DNA of 64,000 nt from the NCBI GenBank assembly GCA_964352215.1, contig CAYGRE010000005.1:18527-82526 (forward strand), read 5' to 3'. The translations under genes were made by a program, and so were the position numbers. Below, in pieces: positions 54,076 through 63,660 of the stretch. Below the pieces are notes generated by a model. It did not search any database, was not told the origin of the DNA, and saw nothing but the letters and a program-made list of their open reading frames with translations. Position 1 is the first letter of the stretch. Every line of letters begins with the position of its first letter. The stretch is from an uncultured Bacteroidia bacterium (GTDB lineage Bacteria > Bacteroidota > Bacteroidia > J057 > JADKCL01).

Positions 54076-55647
54076 TCAGAACATTAACCAGCGAAATGCG
54101 AGAAAAGCAGTTTGGGGATTGACGGGGCGTTGTCCCAGGGCACCGTTGACAAGGTTGCTGTCGTAGAAGTCTCCCAGCCAGAGGTAGGCGCCATGCAATT
54201 CAATGGACATGAATACGCCGAGGTCATAGACCAGGCTGGCATTGGCTTCGAGTCCCATTTGTCGCCCACCACCGGTGGGGGCAGCATTGGCGAGGGCGGT
54301 GACCAGTCCGACTTTCCCGGTCAATTTGTGGGGGATAAATGAGCGGCTGGCATTGAGACTGAGGCCGGTGATACCGTAGCCGAGGTTGGAAATGTCGGTG
54401 ACGGCTGCGGTGTAGCGGTTGACGACATTGGCATGGGGGAACAGCAGGTAGCCACCGTGGCTGACATACAATCCCCCGGGGGTGGCCCATTGGTTTCCAG
54501 TCAATACACCAGTGTAGACGCCATCGTTGATGCCGTTTTCATCGCCGGTGGTATAGATCAGGTCGCCATAGAGGGCATCGCGACTTGTTTGTCCATAGCG
54601 GTAACCCAGGCGGAGGTTGGCACCCAGGCCCCGGATATCCGGACCTTTGCTCCACTGGTCATTTTCTTCGAGTCGGGTGAAGCCCAGGTTGTAATTCAGG
54701 TAGCCGGTGGCAAAGAAGCGGTCCAGCACTTGTGATTCATTGTAGCTGAAGTAGGAACCCAGCCAGAAGACGTCGGCCCGGTAGGGGTTGCCGTTGGCAA
54801 AGCGGAAACGGAAGGTTCCGTTGTAATCGGCCAGGGTGCTGTTCAAACCCTGGCTGAGTACGGACGGGCCTCCTTCTCCATTGGCGCGGTCACGCAGGTA
54901 CATGGCCGAACCGCCCCAATGCCAGCGCATGCCCAGCGAACGCCGGTAGTTGAACATGCTCAGGGTGACATCGTCATTTTCCTGGATATTGTTCTCGTAG
55001 AGCTTGAAGTAGCCGGCTTTCCATTTGTAATAATCTGCATCCCGCCGGACGGATATTCCCACCCCGTCTGTTCCCCAATAGTTGAGCCGGTAGCCTGTAT
55101 TGAGTAAGGTTTCAAACCAGGTTCTGTAAGCGTTGTGAGGGGTATCGTACATCCTTTGCAGGCCCAGGTTGACGGCCCAACCTTTCTTGGGAATCAATTC
55201 GAGCTCCACATTCTGGGTCTGGATATTTACCTGGTCCCCTGAAGGAGCAGAACCACCGTTGCCGCCCGAGCCATAGGCCACATCTCCCCAGGTCCAGTCG
55301 ATCTCAAAGGAGGTCCTGAGGGTGGCCCGTCCATTGAACAATTTGGGGCTGTAAATGAAAAATGGGAGGATTCTTTGCTCGAAATAGCCGGCCTGTAACG
55401 AATCGGAAGTCACCGTTGAATTGGCCCCGTAGAGTCTACCGATCACCTGCCCTCTCAGAAAGTCATTCTGCGGGTAGACGTTGGTGGTGACGGCGTGGTT
55501 GTAGAAAAATGCCAGAAACTGAAACTCCTTCTGCGGCTTTTCGGGCAACCGCTGGTCCAATTCCTGGTAAAAGGAAGGACTCTGAGCCTGCAGGCCGGCA
55601 ATCAGCAGGATTAAGCATGGAATCAGAAGGGTAATTTTTCGTTTCAT
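54076..55647 (-). CDS. Putative outer-membrane beta-barrel protein
   Basis: Signal peptide; alternating aromatic/hydrophobic strands; C-terminal FLAFRWLMF. Confidence 0.75.
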   Translation of the reverse strand: MKRKITLLIPCLILLIAGLQAQSPSFYQELDQRLPEKPQKEFQFLAFFYNHAVTTNVYPQNDFLRGQVIGRLYGANSTVTSDSLQAGYFEQRILPFFIYSPKLFNGRATLRTSFEIDWTWGDVAYGSGGNGGSAPSGDQVNIQTQNVELELIPKKGWAVNLGLQRMYDTPHNAYRTWFETLLNTGYRLNYWGTDGVGISVRRDADYYKWKAGYFKLYENNIQENDDVTLSMFNYRRSLGMRWHWGGSAMYLRDRANGEGGPSVLSQGLNSTLADYNGTFRFRFANGNPYRADVFWLGSYFSYNESQVLDRFFATGYLNYNLGFTRLEENDQWSKGPDIRGLGANLRLGYRYGQTSRDALYGDLIYTTGDENGINDGVYTGVLTGNQWATPGGLYVSHGGYLLFPHANVVNRYTAAVTDISNLGYGITGLSLNASRSFIPHKLTGKVGLVTALANAAPTGGGRQMGLEANASLVYDLGVFMSIELHGAYLWLGDFYDSNLVNGALGQRPVNPQTAFLAFRWLMF

Positions 55648-55719
55648 GGCTGGGTAAATAAAAAGTGAAGATAACCCTTGCCAAACGGCATTGGGTTACC
55701 TTCACGACTATCGATTGAA

Positions 55720-56364
55720 TTATTCTATTTCCTGGAAGACCTGGATGTTGGTCGTACCCAGTTGGCCTCCGTTGGAGCTTCCAAATCCGGCAGATGCGGT
55801 TGGGGGAATTGCTCCGATATCGGGGTCGGTCTGGACCACTTCATAAGTCAAGGTGGTGTTGTTGATCTCAAAGATACCTACTGCGGTGAGTGCTGATGGA
55901 GAGCTTTGGTTCAGGGTAATGTCCCAGATTCCGTCGATATTGCTCTCGGTTTGGGAAAAGGTTCCGGTGAAGGTGATCAGGACGCTGTTGGTATCGTACT
56001 GCTCAACGAGGTAGGTGTTGTCGAGGTTGAAGCGTGCATAGATGGAGTCGGCTCCAAAGAAAGCAGAAAGCAGGGGCGCAACATCAGAACCAGAAGATTG
56101 ATATTCTTTGGCTTGTACGCCTTCAGGACAAGCGGCGCAAGTTCCACCACAGTCGATGCCGGTTTCGTCACCGTTCTGAATGCCGTCATCGCAGGTCGGA
56201 CAGGCGTCACAGCCACCACCACAGTCGATGCCGGTTTCGTCACCGTTCTGGATGCCATCTGTACAGCTGGCGGGTTCGTCCTTGTCACAGGATGAAATGG
56301 CAACTGTAGTCGTTACCAGGGCAAATGCCATAAATAGATACCTAAGTGTTTTCATAATATTCAT
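55720..56364 (-). CDS. Lipoprotein with duplicated DGIQNGDETGIDCGG motif
   Basis: AISSCDKDEPASCTDGIQNGDETGIDCGGGCDACPTCDDGIQNGDETGIDCGGTCAACPEG; track start 56454 lies upstream of the likely MNIMKTLRYLFMAFALV start. Confidence 0.75.
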   Translation of the reverse strand: MNIMKTLRYLFMAFALVTTTVAISSCDKDEPASCTDGIQNGDETGIDCGGGCDACPTCDDGIQNGDETGIDCGGTCAACPEGVQAKEYQSSGSDVAPLLSAFFGADSIYARFNLDNTYLVEQYDTNSVLITFTGTFSQTESNIDGIWDITLNQSSPSALTAVGIFEINNTTLTYEVVQTDPDIGAIPPTASAGFGSSNGGQLGTTNIQVFQEIE

Positions 56365-56386
56365 AATTAAAGTAGATCTAAAATGC

Positions 56387-57373
56387 TCAAAGTATAAATG
56401 CCGCACTGGCAAAGGCCAAGCCTCCTCCAGAGCTGAGAAATAACAATTGGTCACCGGGCTTGATCAGTTCCTTTTCCCAGGCTTCGTTGAAAGCCATCGG
56501 GATGCAGGCGGAGCCGGTATATCCGTAGTGGTGCATAACATTGTGGGCTTTGTCGTGGGGGACACCCAGGATATCAAGAGTTGCATTGATGGCATTGATG
56601 TTGATCTGGGTGATGAAGTACTTGTCCACCTGGGCGGGGGTGATACCCAGTCGTTTGCAAAGCTCCAGGGCCATTCCCGACCAGAAATCGGGGTTGACGG
56701 AGGATGGAAATCGTTTGGCAAAGACGAGGTTGTGGGCGTGTGCCTCCCGTGCGGCTTCGTCGACTGGCTGGACGGTCCCTCCGGCGTAGACTCCCATGTA
56801 ATCCCAGTATTGTCCTTGTGACAATAGCTGTGCGGTCTGGTAGCCTTCGGTGGTGTTTTCAGCTGAAAGGAGGATGGCACCGGCTCCATCTGCAAAGAGG
56901 GTGACGGTTTTCTTGTCCGCTGGATTGAGGTGTCGGCTCATTCCGTAAGCTCCCACCACCAGCACTTTGTTGTAGGTGCTGTCTGTCTGGATGTACTTGG
57001 CGGCCATGTCCATGGCGGTGACAAATCCTGCGCAGGCGGCATTGACATCGAAGGCGGCGGCATGGTTAGCCCCGAGGATATGCTGAAGCACGGAAGCGGT
57101 GGCCGGGCTTGGGTAGTCAGGGGTGTCGGTGGCTACGATGATCAGGTCCAGGTCGCTGGGGGTAATTCCAGCCCGTTCCAAACATACTTTTGAGGCTTCC
57201 AGTGCCAGGGTGGAGGTCGATTCTCCTTCCTCCATCCAGCGGCGCTCGAAGATTTGGGCCGACTCTTCCAGCCAGGTACTGACATCAACCCCTAGCTGTT
57301 GATCAAACCACGCATTGGTCAGCACCCTTTTGGGTACATAAGCTCCTGAAGATATGATCCTCGCTTTTCTCAT
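56387..57373 (-). CDS. FabH-like (ketoacyl synthase III family) protein with atypical triad
   Basis: FDVNAACAGFVTAMDMA active-site Cys, LFADGAGAILL; but FITQIN in place of HQAN and HYGYTGSACIP in place of YGNTSAAS. Confidence 0.88.
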   Translation of the reverse strand: MRKARIISSGAYVPKRVLTNAWFDQQLGVDVSTWLEESAQIFERRWMEEGESTSTLALEASKVCLERAGITPSDLDLIIVATDTPDYPSPATASVLQHILGANHAAAFDVNAACAGFVTAMDMAAKYIQTDSTYNKVLVVGAYGMSRHLNPADKKTVTLFADGAGAILLSAENTTEGYQTAQLLSQGQYWDYMGVYAGGTVQPVDEAAREAHAHNLVFAKRFPSSVNPDFWSGMALELCKRLGITPAQVDKYFITQININAINATLDILGVPHDKAHNVMHHYGYTGSACIPMAFNEAWEKELIKPGDQLLFLSSGGGLAFASAAFIL

Positions 57374-58884
57374 CCGCTTACCAAATCTTTGTTTCTTTTA
57401 TTGTAAGTCCACCCGATGGCCAGGGCCGGCAGGATGCTGACCAGCAAACCAATCCCGGCGGTTACCCCTGGATTGGAAAAACTGAGACCGGAATCCGGAA
57501 ACAGTTGAGCCCCCCAGATATAAAGGACAAAATGAATTCCCATTCCCAGAAAGGACAGGACCCACATACTGCCGAGATGAACTTTGTCAAACAATACGCC
57601 GATCACCAGGGGTGGAACTGCGGCCAGGACAAGTCCATAGACACCTACTTGTCCGAAAATCCCAAGCAATTTTGGGGGTTGCAGGCTCACGAAGAATGCC
57701 GCCACTGCGATCACGACCAATACGATATTGCTGCTTCTCAGTGCCGTCTTCATTAATTTCTCTTCGTTCAGGGCTTTGCCCTTTGACCGCATGCGGATGA
57801 TGCCCATGATAAGGTCGTTGCTGGTGATGGTGGATATTCCTATCAGGAGGCCATCCAGGGTTGACATGGCAGCGGCCAGGAGTACAATACTGACAACGGT
57901 GAACATCCAGTCGGGAAATACATTGGCCAGATAGGCGGTCATTACGAGGTCCTGGCGGAAGGCTCCGGTTACCGGATCGAGCAGTTCTTCGGTTGGAACT
58001 GCGACATGCGCGAAGAATCCGGCCAGCAAGAGGAGGGTGAACAGAAGGTAGGTGATGGCAAATACGATGATGTAGTTGCGGACATCTTTGTCCCGCTTGA
58101 CATAGAGGGCCTTGGTCAGGATATGGGGTTGGCAAACGAGGGCGGCGCCAATGAGGAACCCGGCAATATAGACGGCAAATGGACTGTCAAACAGGCTGCT
58201 CTCAGGATTGACCAGTTTCAAAAGATTGGGGTCGGTGGCCTGGAGGGTGCCTATCAGATCCACATCACTGAAAAACATGATCTGGACCGCCGAACCGATG
58301 ATCAGAATGGAAACGCCGACCATGAGAAAGCCCTGGAACATATTGGTGTAGACATGGGCATAGGTCCCTCCAATGATTACATAAGAAGTCACGAATACAA
58401 GGGTGATGAGGAGGGCGGTGGTATGGTCTACGGCAAGCATCTTTTGCATGACGATGGAGATACCTCCTACCAGAAGGACCACGAAAGCAAAAGAGAGCAG
58501 GTTGATGATGGCAAAATAGAGGGCGAAACCAGGCGATCCATACCGCTTGCCGATCCAGTCGGGAATGGTGAGGGCTTTCATTTTAGCTCCCTTTCTTCGG
58601 AATGAAAAGGAAAGGATGACCAGCATAAACAGGATTCCAGCAAATACACTCACTCCGAGGTGCATCCAGGCCGAGAGACCATCTACATAGATGAAGCCAG
58701 GGTTGATGATGAAGGTTGCCGCCGAGGCGGTGCTGGTGGCCAGGGTGATCCCAACCACAAAGGGTTTCATATCTCCTTTGCCAATGGCAAAAACCTTAAA
58801 ATCTCCGGTATTGCGGTACCCCAACCATCCCAGGTAGGAGGTTATCAGTACATACACGGAAAATAAGGTCCAGGCCAATGCCAT
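57370..58884 (-). CDS. Sodium:solute symporter family transporter
   Basis: Multi-TM; GDFKVFAIGKGDMKPFVVGITLATSTASAATFIINPGFIY, VVLLAAAMSTLDGLLIGISTITSNDL-type signature. Confidence 0.88.
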   Translation of the reverse strand: MALAWTLFSVYVLITSYLGWLGYRNTGDFKVFAIGKGDMKPFVVGITLATSTASAATFIINPGFIYVDGLSAWMHLGVSVFAGILFMLVILSFSFRRKGAKMKALTIPDWIGKRYGSPGFALYFAIINLLSFAFVVLLVGGISIVMQKMLAVDHTTALLITLVFVTSYVIIGGTYAHVYTNMFQGFLMVGVSILIIGSAVQIMFFSDVDLIGTLQATDPNLLKLVNPESSLFDSPFAVYIAGFLIGAALVCQPHILTKALYVKRDKDVRNYIIVFAITYLLFTLLLLAGFFAHVAVPTEELLDPVTGAFRQDLVMTAYLANVFPDWMFTVVSIVLLAAAMSTLDGLLIGISTITSNDLIMGIIRMRSKGKALNEEKLMKTALRSSNIVLVVIAVAAFFVSLQPPKLLGIFGQVGVYGLVLAAVPPLVIGVLFDKVHLGSMWVLSFLGMGIHFVLYIWGAQLFPDSGLSFSNPGVTAGIGLLVSILPALAIGWTYNKRNKDLVSG

Positions 58885-58895
58885 ATTTGAATGAA

Positions 58896-59828
58896 TTATC
58901 TGATCGAATTTTGATGTCCTGCTGAAGGATAGTGGGCTTTACCCCTTTCTTTTGGCTTTGACTTTAATTCCAGGAAAGCCATTACTTCCTCATTGAACCG
59001 CTCTGCCCGCTCCCACTGAAGGAAATGCCCACAATTCTCCACCATTACCAACTGCATCCCAGGAATTTTCAATGATTCGCGGATGGCCAGGGCCTTGGTA
59101 TTTTCATCGGGGTGGAGGATGGGGTGCGGGATCAACTTGTCATTCTCCCCAAACAGGATCATCACCCTGGCTTTGATCTCAGGGAGTTGTGCATTGACGC
59201 CATCCCTGACCATGCCCATGACCGACTGGGGGATCATCTCGCAATACGCTTTGAAGTGAGGGGCTTTCCGCAGGGCCATATTGTCCTTGATCATGAACTC
59301 TGCATCTGCAGGAAACTGGTGGAAATTGATGGCTACATTCCGTCGGATTTGCTCTTCACTCAGATTGGCGATGTTCTCTGGGGTATAATTCTGGGACAAC
59401 CACTCTACCTCTTTTGCATTGAAGGTTTCCAATCCGGCAGGAGCTACCAGGATGGCCCTCGAGCTGATGGCTGGCTTGTCCACCAAGGTCCGGAGTACGG
59501 CTTGCCCGCCCAGAGAATGTCCAACCAGAATGGGATTTTTCAGATCAAGGGCTTCCACGAAACCGATGATCACTTCCGACAGGAATTTCATAGTATAGGG
59601 GTAGCTTTCCTTAGATGATCCCCCATAATTGGGCAGGTCAATGGCCAGGCAACGGTAGTTCTTGCTCAAGGTGGGCAGGTTTTTACTCCATGCTTTGTGG
59701 TTGCTGCCCATGCCATGCACAAAGAGCAATGTCTCCACTCCTGTCCCCACTTCCTGGTAGGCCATCTTTATCCCTGATGCCAGTGTAACCAATTTCAATG
59801 TTTCAGTCGTATTTGGATTCCCGATCAT
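58896..59828 (-). CDS. Alpha/beta hydrolase, paralogue of 53118-54071
   Basis: TLLFVHGMGSNHKAWSKNL...PILVGHSLGGQAVLR...VENCGHFLQWERAE. Confidence 0.88.
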   Translation of the reverse strand: MIGNPNTTETLKLVTLASGIKMAYQEVGTGVETLLFVHGMGSNHKAWSKNLPTLSKNYRCLAIDLPNYGGSSKESYPYTMKFLSEVIIGFVEALDLKNPILVGHSLGGQAVLRTLVDKPAISSRAILVAPAGLETFNAKEVEWLSQNYTPENIANLSEEQIRRNVAINFHQFPADAEFMIKDNMALRKAPHFKAYCEMIPQSVMGMVRDGVNAQLPEIKARVMILFGENDKLIPHPILHPDENTKALAIRESLKIPGMQLVMVENCGHFLQWERAERFNEEVMAFLELKSKPKERGKAHYPSAGHQNSIR

Positions 59829-60078
59829 GGGCTTCTTTCGTAATCAAAGCTGTTTTTAACTCAGGCAAAAGATAGGCACATTCATCCTAAGCGCATACAC
59901 TTCGACCTTGGTCAGCCCACTCTATTTTACCTCACTAATAAACCCCAAGCCCATTATTAGTCAATTTAGCCACCTACCCACCACCCCGGTCAACCCCCTT
60001 CTTCTCTCAATCGTCTTTACGCCTTCTCTCTTCCCCTCTTAATTTTCGTGACAGATTTTTTTATCCAATGATAATTCC

Positions 60079-60822
60079 ATGAAACGATTGCAAGGTAAGG
60101 TGGCGATAGTCACAGGAGGCTCCCAGGGTATCGGAAAAGCCATTGTTGAACAGTTTGTGCGCGAAGGGGCCCGGGTTGCTATCTGGGACATTGATCTGGA
60201 AAAGGGCAAAGCAGTGCAAGAAGCCCTCGATCCCCAAGGAGACTTGACTAGGGTGTATGAGGTAAACGTTACGGATGCCGACCTGGTCACCTCCAAGATG
60301 GCTGAAACCCATGCCGACCTGGGTCGGATCGATATTCTGGTCAACAATGCTGGGATTACCAGCGATGCCTCCTTGAAGAAAATGTCCATGGAGCAATGGA
60401 ACAATGTCATCCAGGTCAATCTCAATGGGGTTTTCTATTGTGTCAAGGCGGTCTATCCGATTATGGCAGCTCAGGGTTCAGGCCGCATCATCAATGCCTC
60501 TTCGGTGGTGGGCATCCAGGGCAACTTTGGTCAGACCAATTATGTAGCGACCAAGGCCGGGGTGATCGGGATGACGAAGGTATGGTCCCGTGAATTTGGC
60601 CGGAAGGGTATTACTGTCAATGCAGTCGCACCGGGATTTATCAATACGGAAATGATTGCCACTGTTCCAGCGCCTGTTTTGGAAAATCTGAAGGGGAAGT
60701 CTTCGCTGAACCGCCTGGGTGAGGTGGAGGAAGTGGCAGCGGTCTATACTTTCCTGGCATCTGATGAGGCCGCTTTTATCACTGGCACGACCATCAGTGT
60801 AGATGGTGGGATTTCGATCTAA
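60079..60822 (+). CDS. Classical short-chain dehydrogenase/reductase, FabG/PhaB-like
   Basis: GKVAIVTGGSQGIGKAI, LVNNAG, NASSVVGIQGNFGQTNYVATKAG, catalytic Y-x3-K. Confidence 0.92.
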   Translation: MKRLQGKVAIVTGGSQGIGKAIVEQFVREGARVAIWDIDLEKGKAVQEALDPQGDLTRVYEVNVTDADLVTSKMAETHADLGRIDILVNNAGITSDASLKKMSMEQWNNVIQVNLNGVFYCVKAVYPIMAAQGSGRIINASSVVGIQGNFGQTNYVATKAGVIGMTKVWSREFGRKGITVNAVAPGFINTEMIATVPAPVLENLKGKSSLNRLGEVEEVAAVYTFLASDEAAFITGTTISVDGGISI

Positions 60823-60872
60823 GTCCAAAATCAATTAGTTTATGCACTGAGTCCGGCCAACCCTTCCATCTT

Positions 60873-62246
60873 ATGCGCAAGCGCCTCAATGCATTCTCTG
60901 AATTCGCAAAGACTATCCTCCCCAATGAGATTGATTTTCTGATTGCCTCCAATCAGTTACAGGACGAAGATCGTTTGGCCATTCTGGAGCGGATTAGAAG
61001 TAATATCTCTCAGCATCCTCCGGAAGAAGCCTACGATCTCTCCATTGATAAACGTACTTATTCTCATTTAAAGAACTGGATCGTCAAGCAGCTTTGCCGC
61101 AATGATGTTGATGAATTCTACCATTGGATATCTGAAATCGATGTTAAGATCGTCCACGACAGCATTTCGCCTGAAGAGGAACGAAAGTTCCTGAAGTTGA
61201 TCCAGGAATATGAAGCGCCAGGATTTTATTTTACCCGTCTTTTTGAGGTCTTACAACACTACAGCAATTTTCTTCTGATTCGTCTCCGGTACAAGGACCA
61301 TCAAATTGTGGACGACCTGTTGAACAGCTCCCGGGAAGCTTATTTGCGGCACAAGGGGATTGAAGAAAAATTGCGGGAAGCCAGTACTGATATCGTAAAG
61401 AAGTACAATCAACGTGGCGGACTCCCAAAGTGGAAGGGCTGGCTTTCGGATATTTTTGAAGATGAATCGGTACAAGGATATTTTCGGTACCAAGCCCTGA
61501 TCCGCTTACACTTCATGGACCTCCATGCTGAGGACAATTCCGAACTGCTGGACCAATATGCTGTTATGGGGCGGTATTTTTCCCAAGGCAAATTTTACTC
61601 CAAACGGCTATTGGTCAACTACTATCACAATCTGATGCTGTTGCACCACAAAAACCGCCAGTATGAGGAGGCGCTGCAATATGGCTATCTGTCTACCCGG
61701 GTCGCTACCCATGACTTCCTGCTGCATGTCAACAACCTTTGTGATGTTCTGGTCCATCTCAAGCGCTATGAAGAAGGCTTGAAGCTCCTGCGTTCGGCAA
61801 GTAAAGAGGCCCGCAACACCAATAACTTTTTCAACCGGGTCGGCTATGTCTCTTCAATGATGCGGTGCCTGATCGGTACGGGGAATCCTGCCTCTGCAGT
61901 CAGTTATGGTAGTAGTTTTCTCGGAGTCTATAAAAAGGAGATTATGAAGTACCGTTGGTTCAGGTTCTTTTATACTTTTTTGGAGGCTTTGGTCAGGGCG
62001 GGCGAGTTCAAGGAGGTCATCCGGGTCGGCAAGAAGCACCGCTTACTGGAGTTGGAAGCCAAAGAGGTTTCAGACCAAGATGGTTATGGCAAACTGACCA
62101 TTCTTACCCAACTCGCCAACTATCTTGCTGGGGAACTTGACAGGCAGGAATTTGAAATTTATTTGACGGGGCTCGAGACTGGCCTTCGGGAGGAATTGCT
62201 TGAAGGGAAGCTACCTTTGGGCCCTTTTCTTATCCCCAATTACTGA
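60873..62246 (+). CDS. Hypothetical alpha-helical (TPR-like) protein
   Basis: 457 aa; helical repeats such as YSKRLLVNYYHNLMLLHHKNRQYEEALQYGYLSTRVA. Confidence 0.8.
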   Translation: MRKRLNAFSEFAKTILPNEIDFLIASNQLQDEDRLAILERIRSNISQHPPEEAYDLSIDKRTYSHLKNWIVKQLCRNDVDEFYHWISEIDVKIVHDSISPEEERKFLKLIQEYEAPGFYFTRLFEVLQHYSNFLLIRLRYKDHQIVDDLLNSSREAYLRHKGIEEKLREASTDIVKKYNQRGGLPKWKGWLSDIFEDESVQGYFRYQALIRLHFMDLHAEDNSELLDQYAVMGRYFSQGKFYSKRLLVNYYHNLMLLHHKNRQYEEALQYGYLSTRVATHDFLLHVNNLCDVLVHLKRYEEGLKLLRSASKEARNTNNFFNRVGYVSSMMRCLIGTGNPASAVSYGSSFLGVYKKEIMKYRWFRFFYTFLEALVRAGEFKEVIRVGKKHRLLELEAKEVSDQDGYGKLTILTQLANYLAGELDRQEFEIYLTGLETGLREELLEGKLPLGPFLIPNY

Positions 62247-62394
62247 ATCATTTAGCAGTTAATCTTCAGACTTAGGGCCGGGATACATGGACGTCAGTAG
62301 CATGATTCCTTTTGCAAGGAATTCCTTCCACGAAAAATGCCTCCAGTAGGGATTACTGAAGGCATTTAATAACTGAAGAAGCTGTCTGGTCGGC

Positions 62395-63462
62395 TTACTT
62401 CTTCATCTTTAGTCTCACCATGTACTTATCTGTATCCATGTCTTGTTGGGTAAACAGATAAAACTTGAGACTTCCTTTTTCATAGAAGTGGAGACCACTG
62501 TCTTCGTAGACTTTGTACCCGGTCTTGCTGCTGAAACAGGTCAGCTTTGACTTGATAAACTCCAATTCTGCCTGCGCATCTGACTTCTGGTAGAACATCT
62601 TAGAATCCAGCATCAACTCTTTTTTGTTGGGGTCGAAGAGGTTGGGCATTAAGCGTCCAGTTACAAAGAGGGGCGGGGTTTCGGTGGTGAAGAAAACATC
62701 TTCTTCTTCCATTTCGGTCTCTTCGGGATCCAGGTTGCCCTTGATGGAAGCAAAATTGGATGATGCCATCCCCATATACTTTTTGAGGGGAGCACAAAGG
62801 TCGGCAGTGGCCCGCTCGGCTGCTTCTGCTTCTGCTTTTGCTTTGGCGGCAGCTTCCCGTTCCGCAGCCGCTTTCTCAGCAGCCGCCTTTTTCTCAGCAG
62901 CAATACGTGCCTTCTCGGCTTCTGCAGCTTCCCTTTCCGCTTCAATCTTGTCTTTCTTGGCCTGGTTCCAGGCAGGGACCATGGCTACCCATTCAGACAA
63001 TGAAAATGATTCGGCATTTGCTTCGGCTTCATCTTTGAGTGTTTTCCACTTGGACTGCGGGGGACCCATGGCCATGATTTCTATAATCTCATCCTGAGAT
63101 TCAGAAAGGTTGTAGATATCGATGACGTTGTCGGGACGCATCACCAGGAAGTCTTCAATAGGAGTGATAAAATAACCATCCGAAGTCTGAGCAAAGACAT
63201 TGTCTTTGAGGCGCTCGTAGTTATACTTACTCATATAACGACTGCCTTTGTCCTGCCAATCCACTCCCATCTCCAGCAAATCTGCCTCTGATTTATAAAT
63301 GGCTGTTTTGACACGGTAAGGCGAAGGTGGCAAGGTAGATTTATCAACCAGCTTCTTGGTCAAACGGTACTCTCCTTCTGGTGGAGGATTGAGGGTTTGA
63401 GCAGTTAGGAAACCAAAGCTGACAGCAGCTACCAACAGATAACAAACAAGGTATTTTTTCAT
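62395..63462 (-). CDS. Secreted hypothetical protein with Ala/Glu/Lys coiled-coil
   Basis: MKKYLVCYLLVAAVSFGFLTAQ signal peptide at ATG 63462 (track start 63630 unlikely); central EAEREAAEAEKARIAAEKKAAAEKAAAEREAAAKAKAEAEAAE. Confidence 0.8.
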   Translation of the reverse strand: MKKYLVCYLLVAAVSFGFLTAQTLNPPPEGEYRLTKKLVDKSTLPPSPYRVKTAIYKSEADLLEMGVDWQDKGSRYMSKYNYERLKDNVFAQTSDGYFITPIEDFLVMRPDNVIDIYNLSESQDEIIEIMAMGPPQSKWKTLKDEAEANAESFSLSEWVAMVPAWNQAKKDKIEAEREAAEAEKARIAAEKKAAAEKAAAEREAAAKAKAEAEAAERATADLCAPLKKYMGMASSNFASIKGNLDPEETEMEEEDVFFTTETPPLFVTGRLMPNLFDPNKKELMLDSKMFYQKSDAQAELEFIKSKLTCFSSKTGYKVYEDSGLHFYEKGSLKFYLFTQQDMDTDKYMVRLKMKK

Positions 63463-63660
63463 GTTTTCATAAAGTGTTTGACAATGGTCATGTGCGTTGA
63501 GCACCATTTCCCAAGATGGGGGAAGCAAAAGTACGAACTGAAGAATCTTCATACAAAAGGAATTCCCCCCTGTCGTGGTAAAAACTAAATCGATTTGATC
63601 TTTTGAATTGGCTTGCTTCAGGAATGTCAAACAGTGAAATCATATCTGTCTGGAACTGAG

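Noticed and set aside
51520-60822. Olefin biosynthesis (OleABCD) locus
   Set aside because: Part list is superficially similar, but the SDR is a classical FabG type, the FabH-like protein lacks the usual His/Asn, and transporter, barrel and lipoprotein genes are interleaved.
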